Origin: Bdellovibrionia bacterium | GTDB lineage: Bacteria; Bdellovibrionota; UBA1018 | Direction of reading: 5' to 3' | NCBI GenBank assembly: GCA_045805065.1 | Contig: JBJMMA010000141.1 | Location: 1-20,365, forward strand | Length of the DNA stretch: 20,365 nucleotides | Shown here: positions 1-8,393 of the stretch, in pieces | How positions within the stretch are numbered: position 1 is the stretch's first letter | Layout: each line of letters opens with the position of its first letter | The notes under the pieces: model-generated | The model's database searches: none | What the model saw: only the letters and a program-made list of their open reading frames with translations | Told to the model about the DNA's origin: nothing | Position numbers and translations under genes: made by a program

Positions 1-178
1 ATTCAGCGTGCTTGGCTAATTCGCTTTGCGCAGTCTGGAGCGCGTCTTGGGAGTAATCCCAGATTGCGACCTGAGCGCCAGCCTTCAGGAAATCCTGAAC
101 CATTTGAAAGCCAATCCCTTGAGCGCCTCCGGTGATGACAGCGTTCTTACCCTGGAAATCAAAACGGATATTCGACAT
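1..178 (-). CDS. Short-chain dehydrogenase/reductase (FabG/acetoacetyl-CoA reductase-like), 5' portion only; runs off the window
   Basis: Not in the ORF track. Manual translation from ATG at 178 gives MSNIRFDFQGKNAVITGGAQGIGFQMVQDFLKAGAQVAIWDYSQDALQ..., containing the SDR Rossmann motif TGxxxGIG. A GAGGGGGG SD-like tract lies upstream. Confidence 0.88.
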   Translation of the reverse strand, partial: MSNIRFDFQGKNAVITGGAQGIGFQMVQDFLKAGAQVAIWDYSQDALQTAQSELAKHAE

Positions 179-219
179 GGATCGCAGCCCCCCTCGGCTG
201 ATCTTAGAATCTTTAAGCC

Positions 220-248
220 GATATATCCGTCCAAAGTAGAACTGTCAA
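220..248 (-). promoter_or_regulatory. Putative sigma70 promoter for the SDR gene
   Basis: Minus strand reads TTGACA-N17-TATATC (perfect -35, 4/6 -10), about 40 nt upstream of the SDR ATG. Confidence 0.4.
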
Positions 249-340
249 CGAATCCACTCCGGCGCTTTGCGTTAACTTCAAAACACCTTGAAACACTGTG
301 TGATCTTTCATAAACACAAACTTTGAAAGAGGGAGAATCG

Positions 341-1360
341 ATGACTCATCATGCATTAAGAAGAGCAACTATTTGTGGAACTGGTTTTTACGCTCCTGAG
401 AAAGTAATCAAGAACCAGTATTTCAACGAGCTTTATAAACAGGACATCGATACCTTCCTTCGTGAAAAAAGAAATATTTTCGAGCGTCGTCACATGGACG
501 CAACGCAATCGACGTCGGATCTCATTCTTCCCGCCGCTCGGGAAGCGATGAAGAACGCGGGCATCACTGCTGAAGATCTCGATCTCATCATCATCGCGAC
601 CGACACGCCGGATTACATTTCTCCATCGACCGCTGCAGTGATCCAATATCGCCTTGGTGCAAAGAAAGCGGGAACGTTCGATGTGAACACCGCGTGCGCG
701 GGCTTTGTCACCGCACTCGACATCGCTTCCAAATACATCATGTCCGATGAACGCTATGAGAACATCCTTGTTGTTGGCGCTTACGGAATGAGCAAGCACC
801 TGGATTGGGCCGATTATAAGATTGCAACGCTTTTTGCCGATGGCGCAGGCGCTGTCGTTGTTCGTCCGGCACCTAAAGATTCGAACGAGGGGATTCTGGC
901 CTCACACCTTTACACAGATGGCCAGTACCACGACTATATGGGAATCTACGCCGGTGGCACGCACAAGCCAACTACCCATGAAGTGATCGATAACAAGGAA
1001 CACCTTCTTAAGTTCCCAAAACGCATCCCGCCAGAAACCAACGGGATCCACTGGCCAAAGCTCGCCATGTCGGTTCTCGACCGCATCGGCAAAGCTCCCT
1101 CGGATGTGACTCATTATATCCTGACTCAATTTAACATCGCGTCGATTCATGAGACGCTCGACGCTCTGAAAGTGGATCGCGCTCGCGGTCATACGATCAT
1201 GGATCGCTATGGCTATACCGGAAGCGCATCGATTCCGATGGCGATTGCCGACGCTGCTAAGAGCCATAAACTCAAGAAGGGCGACACGGTTCTTCTGATT
1301 GGCTCCGGCGGCGGCATGAGTATGGCATCTCTCGCAATGATCTGGGGGTACGATACTTGA
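341..1360 (+). CDS. 3-oxoacyl-ACP synthase III (FabH/KAS III) family protein with atypical active site
   Basis: Typical KAS III motifs: ICGTGFYAPEKVI, DLIIIATDTPDYISPSTAA, FDVNTACAGF (catalytic Cys), LFADGAGAVVV, SASIP, LKKGDTVLL-GSGGG. ATG 341 follows SD GGGAGA and is preferred over TTG 323. His/Asn positions read TQFN and GYTG. Confidence 0.9.
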   Translation: MTHHALRRATICGTGFYAPEKVIKNQYFNELYKQDIDTFLREKRNIFERRHMDATQSTSDLILPAAREAMKNAGITAEDLDLIIIATDTPDYISPSTAAVIQYRLGAKKAGTFDVNTACAGFVTALDIASKYIMSDERYENILVVGAYGMSKHLDWADYKIATLFADGAGAVVVRPAPKDSNEGILASHLYTDGQYHDYMGIYAGGTHKPTTHEVIDNKEHLLKFPKRIPPETNGIHWPKLAMSVLDRIGKAPSDVTHYILTQFNIASIHETLDALKVDRARGHTIMDRYGYTGSASIPMAIADAAKSHKLKKGDTVLLIGSGGGMSMASLAMIWGYDT

Positions 1361-2874
1361 GCGCACCATTCGAGGCAGATTGGCTAAAACGTTGGAACCT
1401 TTATTCTCCGCAGTCCGTCGCAATTCAAGACGCGGACTCAGGGAAGAGCTTCACGTATCAACAGCTTTTTGAAACCTCGAACCGGCTCGCTCATTATCTG
1501 AAGAACCACTATCAAATTGAAAAGGGTGATCGCGTCGCAGCTCTTTCCATGAATGAGCTCGAGTATGTGGCCCTCTTTTTTGCCACGCAGCGACTTGGGG
1601 CGATTTTAGTCCCGATCAATTTTCGCCTGACTGCGCGCGAAGTGGCTCACATCCTCTCCGATAGCGAAGCAAAGCTACTCATCCATCAAAGGCAGTTTGC
1701 CGGGGTCGTCGAGCAGATCCGGCAATCCGAGCCTAAGGCCATGCCCAAGGCTTTGATGTATTTTGATGGCGCGGACAGTCTGGCATCGGTTTGTGAGTCC
1801 CGCTCTCTGCCATCAGATCTCCATCCTATGGATGACGTGACGATGGAAACGCCTTGCATGATTCTTTACACCTCGGGCACGACCGGTGCTCCAAAAGGTG
1901 CGGTCATCACGCAAGGGATGATCTTTTGGAATTCCGTCAACACGACCCTGAGGCTTAATCTCAGTCAGTCAGACGCAACTCTTTCATTCCTCCCCTTCTT
2001 TCATACAGGCGGATGGAATGTGCTTACGACGCCGTTCCTTCATCGTGGCGCGCGCGTCATTCTTCTCAAGAAGTTTGACCCGGATCGCATCCTCAAGCTT
2101 TGCGAAACCGAAAAGGTCTCCATTTTGTTTGGCGTCCCCACGATGCTCGACATGATGAAGCACTCGCCTCTCTTCAAGCAGGTCGATCTCAGCTCGGTTC
2201 GCTATGCGATCGTAGGTGGCGAGCCGATGCCTATGGACCTGATCCGCACCTGGCAGGATCGCGGAATCCCGGTTCGCCAAGGCTTTGGGCTAACCGAGTT
2301 CGGTCCCAACGTTTTCTCTCTCAACGAAGAACACTCAACTCAGAAGATCGGCTCCATTGGATTTCCGAATTTCTATATCGATGCAAAAATCGTCGATGAA
2401 ACTGGCAAAGACCTGGGCGCTGAAGAAATTGGCGAGCTTGTGCTCCGTGGCCCAATGTGCACGCCAGGATATTGGAAGAACCCTGAAGCGACCGCTCAAA
2501 CCATTCGCGATGGATGGCTCCATACAGGAGATCTCGTTCGTCGCGACGCTGAAGGCTTTTACTACGTCGTAGGGCGTAAAAAAGACATGTACATCAGCGG
2601 CGGGGAAAACGTTTATCCTGCTGAGATTGAGCAATTCTTAAGAACTCATCCGTCCATTCGCGAAGTCGCAGTCATTGGCGTTCAAGATGAGAAATGGGGC
2701 GAAGTAGGCAAAGCCTTCATCGTTACTCATTCGGGCGAGCCGATTGAAACGGCAGAGCTTACGACGTTCTGCCAATCCAATCTGGCAAAGTACAAGATCC
2801 CCAAGCACTTCGCCTTTCTTTCGGAACTCCCAAAAGGCGATAGCGGGAAGATCTTGAAGCGCGCCCTACGTTAG
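1357..2874 (+). CDS. Acyl-CoA synthetase / AMP-forming fatty-acid--CoA ligase (ANL superfamily)
   Basis: Motifs YTSGTTGAPKG, GFGLTE, GWLHTGD, GRKKDMYISGGENVYPAEIE, LPKGDSGKILK. TTG start overlaps the upstream TGA (TTGA), suggesting translational coupling. Confidence 0.93.
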   Translation: MSAPFEADWLKRWNLYSPQSVAIQDADSGKSFTYQQLFETSNRLAHYLKNHYQIEKGDRVAALSMNELEYVALFFATQRLGAILVPINFRLTAREVAHILSDSEAKLLIHQRQFAGVVEQIRQSEPKAMPKALMYFDGADSLASVCESRSLPSDLHPMDDVTMETPCMILYTSGTTGAPKGAVITQGMIFWNSVNTTLRLNLSQSDATLSFLPFFHTGGWNVLTTPFLHRGARVILLKKFDPDRILKLCETEKVSILFGVPTMLDMMKHSPLFKQVDLSSVRYAIVGGEPMPMDLIRTWQDRGIPVRQGFGLTEFGPNVFSLNEEHSTQKIGSIGFPNFYIDAKIVDETGKDLGAEEIGELVLRGPMCTPGYWKNPEATAQTIRDGWLHTGDLVRRDAEGFYYVVGRKKDMYISGGENVYPAEIEQFLRTHPSIREVAVIGVQDEKWGEVGKAFIVTHSGEPIETAELTTFCQSNLAKYKIPKHFAFLSELPKGDSGKILKRALR

Positions 2875-3500
2875 TGAAATATTTCCTCGAGCTTTTCTTG
2901 AGCGATTCTTCCAAACAGGCCGCCCTGGCGCCACCAGGCAGATGGATGAGGGATCTTGCCCTTGACTCGCTCTTTGTACTCTTCGGGAGTCAAAGCCTGG
3001 GAAACAAACCATTCGGCATCATTGCCCAGCGGAAAAACAACCGCGTCTTTCATTGAAGGGTCGGTCAGACGCTTGCGCAGATTCTTGATCGCCTCCTGGA
3101 CCTCTGGGCTTTTCTTCTGCTTCTTATAGCCATACTCGCCGCTGGCCTTGGCAAACCCGAGATTACTCACAGGCTCAGCCTCGGGGTACTTGGCCGCAAC
3201 TTTGGGATCCAGGGGAAACTGAACAGCATTGATCACGGCAATGTGATTTTTGGAGCTGAGCTTTTCCATGCGCTTCAGGCTCACGTCTTCGCTGCTTTCG
3301 TTCTGAAGAATCTCCCCGAGCTTTTTCCACCAGACGCGACCAGCTGCCCCGCAAAGCGGGCGGCGCTCGGCTTTGACCTCAGGCTCAACTTCACTGATAT
3401 GCGGAGACTCGGCGACAAACACGATCTTTGGGACCAGGCTCTTCAGCTCAGGCCGATCGACAGGCGAAATGTCTGGGACAAAGTATCGGGCTTTCTTCAT
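2871..3500 (-). CDS. Uracil-DNA glycosylase superfamily protein
   Basis: IVFVAESPHISE...RPLCGAAGR resembles UDG motif A (GE[A/S]P..E...P..G..G); VINAV, VFPLG and IPHPS match the conserved Asn strand and motif B. SD AAGGA. Stop codon overlaps the convergent ligase stop. Confidence 0.7.
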   Translation of the reverse strand: MKKARYFVPDISPVDRPELKSLVPKIVFVAESPHISEVEPEVKAERRPLCGAAGRVWWKKLGEILQNESSEDVSLKRMEKLSSKNHIAVINAVQFPLDPKVAAKYPEAEPVSNLGFAKASGEYGYKKQKKSPEVQEAIKNLRKRLTDPSMKDAVVFPLGNDAEWFVSQALTPEEYKERVKGKIPHPSAWWRQGGLFGRIAQEKLEEIFH

Positions 3501-3539
3501 TTCGATATCCTTATGGTAGAGTTCCTTTAAGCTCTATTT

Positions 3540-4460
3540 ATGATCATCGATCACGTCAATTTGAATCATATCCGGATCTTTGAATGCGTCTTTCGGACCC
3601 AAAGCATGACTGCCGCGGCGCACGAACTTCACTTAACGCAATCCGGCGTAAGCCAGCACATCCGATCGCTGGAAGACATGCTCGACGTTAAGCTCTTTGA
3701 TCGCATCCAACAAAAGCTGGTTCCAACCGCGCAAGCCCGCGTTCTTTACGAGAACTGCTCCAAGAGTCTGCAACAGATCGAGCAGGCTCTCTTTCATTTG
3801 AAAGGCGGAGATACCCAGCTGAGCGGCACGATCTCCATTGGGATGCCGGTGGAATTCGGCAATAACGTGATTCTTCCGCTCTTGGGACAGTTCTGCCGCA
3901 AACATCCGTTGGTGAAACTCCACATCAAGTTCGGTTTTGCATCCCAGATGAACGAGGATTTACTGACAGGCTCGCTTGATTTTGCCTTTGTCGATGATTT
4001 CCGACTCGATCGCCGCATCTTGACGGAGAAGGTTTACGACGAAGTCCTGGATCTCTGCATCAGTGAAGAACTGATCAAGAAAAAGGGCCCTCCCAAGCAA
4101 CAACGCAAGTACTTTGAGTCTCTGGATTACGTGGATTACCAGGAGAACGAACCCATCTTGAGAATGTGGTTCCACCACCATCTTGAGACACGCCACATTG
4201 ACCTGAACGTGCGAGCCACGGTGATGGACGTGCAAGCGATTGCGCGCCTGATCTTATCTGAAGCAGGCGCGGGAGTTCTCCCATCACATCTTCTGGCCAA
4301 GCTTCAGAAAGAAGGCCATCGCATCTACAAGTTCAAAGGCTGCGGAAAGCCCCTGAAGAACGCGATCAGCGTTGCGCATCTGGAGCTTCGCACTCACTCC
4401 CCGACCGCACTGAGCGCTCTGGAGTTTCTGAAAACGTCCCTCGGTCCATCTAAAGCTTAG
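3540..4460 (+). CDS. LysR-family transcriptional regulator
   Basis: N-terminal wHTH NLNHIRIFECV...SMTAAAHELHLTQSGVSQHIRSLEDMLDVKLFDR, followed by a LysR substrate-binding domain (GTISIG...HPLVKLHI...LLTGSLDFAF); 306 aa. Confidence 0.95.
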   Translation: MIIDHVNLNHIRIFECVFRTQSMTAAAHELHLTQSGVSQHIRSLEDMLDVKLFDRIQQKLVPTAQARVLYENCSKSLQQIEQALFHLKGGDTQLSGTISIGMPVEFGNNVILPLLGQFCRKHPLVKLHIKFGFASQMNEDLLTGSLDFAFVDDFRLDRRILTEKVYDEVLDLCISEELIKKKGPPKQQRKYFESLDYVDYQENEPILRMWFHHHLETRHIDLNVRATVMDVQAIARLILSEAGAGVLPSHLLAKLQKEGHRIYKFKGCGKPLKNAISVAHLELRTHSPTALSALEFLKTSLGPSKA

Positions 4461-4474
4461 GAGATGGCTAAAGC

Positions 4475-5350
4475 TTAACGAGGTGGAATGATTTTCACCA
4501 TCACCACGCTTGGCGTTGGTTTGGGCGCAGGCTGAGCCTGAGTCGCGACAGCTTTTGGCTTTGGCTTAGGAGTTGGCTTGGACGTTGTTACGGGAGCATG
4601 AATCGTTTCGGCCGTATCATTTGCCGAAGGCAAAGTAATGACCTTCCCATCGCCACGAACATGGAAGCTGATGGATTGCATCGACTTGCTGAAGACGCCA
4701 TCCATTCCCCAAGTCAGATTCAGAGTCATGCCTGCAATCGGGTTCTTCTGCGTTCCATGGTTCACGAGTTCCGCGACCTTGGCTTGAGCGTAGAAGTCCT
4801 TATGATACCCAATCTGAATCTGTGCAGGCAGGACCGTGACATTCGTCAGATAACTTCCCACGCCTTTGTAATGTCCGCCGTAAGTAAAGATGAGCCGGTA
4901 ATAGACATCCCCGAGGTAAGCTTTACGGGCCGAATAAAGCTGCGTCCGATAAAGCTTGGCGATCGGATCTTTCCAGCTATCGAGCTCCGTCCAACTTTTG
5001 ATGCCTTGAGGGACGGCACTTGCGACATCCAGATCCAGGTTCATCTTGGGGCGACCCGCTTCGATCACTCCCCAAACCGTTTTCCCGATATTGACAATCG
5101 CATCGAGCGCAATCGTGCCGATGATGATCGCCCCCATATCCAGCAGCTGGGGTTGAGGCGTTCCAATGGCAGAGTACTGATCCCAAAACTCGTTTGAAAT
5201 CGGTGCAATCCGATCGGCCTCGATCTCCGGCACTTCCTGTAAGGTGAAGCTTGCCGGAGGTTCGTCTGGCATCGCTTGAGCGATCGAACTGGATGCCAAA
5301 GCCAAAATCAAGAGAGCCGATAAAACACAGGCTGCTCTAGGCTTTTTCAT
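4475..5350 (-). CDS. Hypothetical secreted protein, paralog of 5354..6421, with Pro/Lys-rich C-terminal tail
   Basis: Signal peptide MKKPRAACVLSALLILALASSSIAQA. Shares a ~160-aa domain with the neighbouring gene (IVNIGKTVW, SAVPQG, GSYLTNVTV, NPIAG, VRGDG). Confidence 0.85.
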   Translation of the reverse strand: MKKPRAACVLSALLILALASSSIAQAMPDEPPASFTLQEVPEIEADRIAPISNEFWDQYSAIGTPQPQLLDMGAIIIGTIALDAIVNIGKTVWGVIEAGRPKMNLDLDVASAVPQGIKSWTELDSWKDPIAKLYRTQLYSARKAYLGDVYYRLIFTYGGHYKGVGSYLTNVTVLPAQIQIGYHKDFYAQAKVAELVNHGTQKNPIAGMTLNLTWGMDGVFSKSMQSISFHVRGDGKVITLPSANDTAETIHAPVTTSKPTPKPKPKAVATQAQPAPKPTPSVVMVKIIPPR

Positions 5351-5353
5351 GGG

Positions 5354-6421
5354 TTAGCGGCGCCTCTGGCCTGAACCTTTGCCGATTGGGTAGATTTCTT
5401 CTGGCTCTTCGTCTGGAGCGGAGAGGTTCTTCATCTGACCATCGCCACGGACGTAGATCACAGCAGAGTTACCGTGCGTGCTGAACACCTTGCCACGGCT
5501 CCACTCAACAAGAACTTGCGCTCCTGCGATTGGGTTTGTGGAGTCCTTGCTCACGTTGACCAGACCTTCGTTTGGAATGCGAGCGCGAACGTTGAACTCC
5601 TGGCCCCAGTTGACCTTATAGTCAGCTGCTTGAACCGTGAGGTTCGCGATGTAACTTCCAAATCCACGGTAGCTTCCGCTGTGCCAGAAGGTCAGGCGGA
5701 AAACGAATTCGACTTTCTTGTTCTTTCCATCACCAGGAACGATGATTTGGTAGTTCTTGGTCTTTGGCTCCCAGCCTTCAAGTTCGGCAGCAGAAGACAC
5801 GCCCTGTGGCAATGCGCTTGCGCTTGGCGTGTCGATATTCACGACCGCATGTCCGTCCTTGATGAACTGCCAGACGTCCTTGCCAAGATTGACAATTCTC
5901 TCGAGAACGATCACGGCGCCGCCGATTTTTCCGATGGTGCCATCGGTTGGCATCGGGTCAGTTCCCCAGGTTGGATAGGTAGGAGGCGTGTAAGGCGGAA
6001 GTGGATTAGGGACTGGAGGAATCGTATCGCCAGGGGTCGTTGGAAGACATCCGACAGGACCATCTGGAGTAAAGATATTGATGATTGGTCCGACAGGTCC
6101 GACGATTGGAGGGGTTTGGTTTGGATTCACACCCTTTGGGCAAGGAGGAGGATTTCCGCCGGTGCCTCGGCCGTTTCCTTCAGGGCCGCCAGGAATTGTC
6201 CAATCTGGAGTCACGGTGTTGCGTTGGTATTGAGAGAGTGTTCGGAAGCTGGATTCGTAAATGCCCATGCGAAGAAGATCGCTTGCAGAGAGCTCGCGGA
6301 CTCGGACCGCAGGAGCGGTCTCAGAAGCCTGAGCGATAGATGCCGAACAAAGAATTCCGAAAGCGCCGATTGAAAAAGCCAGTGCAGACACTTGGAAACG
6401 CCAGTTGAAGTTTCTCTCCAT
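5354..6421 (-). CDS. Hypothetical secreted protein with Pro/Gly/Thr-rich linker, paralog of 4475..5350
   Basis: Signal peptide ending SIAQA; ATG 6421 follows a GGGGG SD (alternative ATG 6439). Shared domain IVNLGKDVW, SALPQG, GSYIANLTV, NPIAG, VRGDG. Only 3 bp separate it from the downstream paralog. Confidence 0.85.
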   Translation of the reverse strand: MERNFNWRFQVSALAFSIGAFGILCSASIAQASETAPAVRVRELSASDLLRMGIYESSFRTLSQYQRNTVTPDWTIPGGPEGNGRGTGGNPPPCPKGVNPNQTPPIVGPVGPIINIFTPDGPVGCLPTTPGDTIPPVPNPLPPYTPPTYPTWGTDPMPTDGTIGKIGGAVIVLERIVNLGKDVWQFIKDGHAVVNIDTPSASALPQGVSSAAELEGWEPKTKNYQIIVPGDGKNKKVEFVFRLTFWHSGSYRGFGSYIANLTVQAADYKVNWGQEFNVRARIPNEGLVNVSKDSTNPIAGAQVLVEWSRGKVFSTHGNSAVIYVRGDGQMKNLSAPDEEPEEIYPIGKGSGQRRR

Positions 6422-6647
6422 TTTACTACCCCCGCTCATTTGGCGGCGAGAATGTCACCGACAACCGAGCCTGCCTTTCTTTGGCACCTGTAAATAGTGG
6501 GGCGGGCACGAAAACGCAAACTTTTCTTTCGCACCCGGTTATGGAAAAACCGAACAATGCTCACAAGTTGTTAAGCGTTTCAGCTTCCAAGCAGTTGAGC
6601 ATTTTAGATTGTAAGGACTTATCAAAGGCTTAAGGCAACTCCATCGC

Positions 6648-8339
6648 TCAATCCATGGCAAGATCGCGGCTGTCCAAGCGATGCTCTGGAGTTAAAAGCA
6701 CTTCAGCTACAAGTCCTTCCGTTAAGTCCGAGGCGCACCAGCGAATGGCGGCAGCCATGCTTCTGCGGTCCTTCTCATTCTCCAGGCTCCATTGGGCATG
6801 CTCTAAGAGCAGGGCAGCCGCAAAGACACGAGCCACAGAAAAGGCAAATACGCGTGCAGCAGTCTGAATGGCATCAGGCCCTGCTTTCGCAGCCTTTGGA
6901 AGAAACGCCATCACACGAGAAAGCGCATCTCGCGCCCGAGCGGTGGATGAAGCAAGCTCAGCGTGAGTGATCGCTCCCAAGCGAGCCTGAGTAGCTCCGA
7001 CAAGCGCTTCGAATGCGCCTTCCTTCTCAATTGCCCGAAGAAGATCAAGGCTCAGCACGTTGGTCGTGCCTTCCCAGATCGCAAGCACTTGCGTGTCTCT
7101 CAGAATTCTTGGAATGCCTGTGTCCTCAATGTAGCCTGCGCCACCAAAGGACTCGACCACTTCGCTCACCACGGAGACACCCTGCTTTGCCGTGAAAAGT
7201 TTCACGATCGGCATCAGGCCACGAAGCACAGCGGAGTCTTGAGCCGACGCCTCACCGAGCTCCTCTTTTCCCAGAAGCTCCGACGCGTGCATCACAAGAT
7301 GAAGTGCCGCTTCAAACTGAACCTGCATCCAGGCCAGCGTTTCCAGGTGCAAAGGCTGCTCAGACAGCGGCTTTCCGAATGCGATTCGCTTAGGGGCGTA
7401 ATCCCGAGCCAGCGCAATGGCGCGTCTCATGTTTCCGACAGCGCAACAGGCGTTGTACATGCGGGTGACGTTAAAGAGGGTCGCGATCTTTCTCACTCCC
7501 CCACCCTCGCCACCGACAAGTTTCGCTGGAGTTCCCTCAAGCGTGAGCTCCGCGGTTGGAAGCGCATCGGTCCCAAGCTTGTCTTTCAAGCGATTCACGC
7601 GAATGTTTTTGAGCTTTCCATCGGCATCACGCAACTCGAGATAGAAAAGGCTCAGCCCGCGGCTTCCCTCAGGTGCGCCGGGAAGTCTCGCAAGCGTCAT
7701 CGCCATCTGGGACGTCGTTGCCGAAGTGAACCACTTGTCACCATAGAGGCGGTATTGACCGTTTTCCACGCGCGCCTCAGTCTGAGTTCCCCCAACGTCT
7801 GATCCGCCCGCACGCTCAGTCATCCATTGACCGGATGTCCAGAACTGCTTGGGATCACGTGAGGTCAGATGCTTGAACGCTCCTCGCTTGAGCTCCTCAT
7901 CACCATGGACCTCAATGAGTCGTGCGGCTCCATCCGTCATGGCAAGTGGGCAGGTGTAAATCGCGGACGAGGGCTGATAGAGAAAGAGCTTCGCAAACTG
8001 GACCAGGCGAGAGAGCGAGCCATATTCCCGCTCATAGCCCGCGGCCACAATACCTTCCTGTGCGGAGACGGCATCGAGATCCTTCCACGCTTGGGAGGTT
8101 TCGATGAAGTCAATCCGGCGTCCCCACGGATCAAACTGAACGAGCCGTGGCTTCACTTTCTCGGCCGCAATGGAGAGCTCCAGAAGATCGGTCGCGGTTC
8201 TCTCACCAAAGCGGCGAAGATCCTTCTCAACGACCGCGTGCACTTGAGGAGGCAGCTTTCGTTTGAGAATGGATCGCAGAACACGATCGGCTTCAAATTG
8301 ATTCGAGAGCTTGGGTCCAGTCTGAAAGAAAGGATTCAT
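6648..8339 (-). CDS. Acyl-CoA dehydrogenase, AidB-like family
   Basis: PRLVQFDPWGRRID (AidB-type N-terminus), CPLAMTDGA, GQWMTERAGGSDV, YRLYGDKWFTSA, RLKDKLGT, ESFGGAGYIE, IWEGTTNVLSLD. Confidence 0.92.
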   Translation of the reverse strand: MNPFFQTGPKLSNQFEADRVLRSILKRKLPPQVHAVVEKDLRRFGERTATDLLELSIAAEKVKPRLVQFDPWGRRIDFIETSQAWKDLDAVSAQEGIVAAGYEREYGSLSRLVQFAKLFLYQPSSAIYTCPLAMTDGAARLIEVHGDEELKRGAFKHLTSRDPKQFWTSGQWMTERAGGSDVGGTQTEARVENGQYRLYGDKWFTSATTSQMAMTLARLPGAPEGSRGLSLFYLELRDADGKLKNIRVNRLKDKLGTDALPTAELTLEGTPAKLVGGEGGGVRKIATLFNVTRMYNACCAVGNMRRAIALARDYAPKRIAFGKPLSEQPLHLETLAWMQVQFEAALHLVMHASELLGKEELGEASAQDSAVLRGLMPIVKLFTAKQGVSVVSEVVESFGGAGYIEDTGIPRILRDTQVLAIWEGTTNVLSLDLLRAIEKEGAFEALVGATQARLGAITHAELASSTARARDALSRVMAFLPKAAKAGPDAIQTAARVFAFSVARVFAAALLLEHAQWSLENEKDRRSMAAAIRWCASDLTEGLVAEVLLTPEHRLDSRDLAMD

Positions 8340-8393
8340 GCTCTCAAAGATACGTCAATTTAACGAACTCGTCACGTAAAGCGACGCGCGTTT

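Noticed and set aside
217..224. GCCGATAT, a perfect sigma28 -10 box on the + strand
   Set aside because: No TAAA/AG-type -35 at the required spacing, and it overlaps the -10 of the minus-strand sigma70 candidate.
26..313. 95-aa + strand ORF
   Set aside because: Antisense to the SDR, which has a clear TGxxxGIG motif; no recognisable features.
6482..6520. TGGCAC / GGCACG sigma54-like -24 boxes
   Set aside because: No proper TTGC -12 box, and they point away from the paralog pair.
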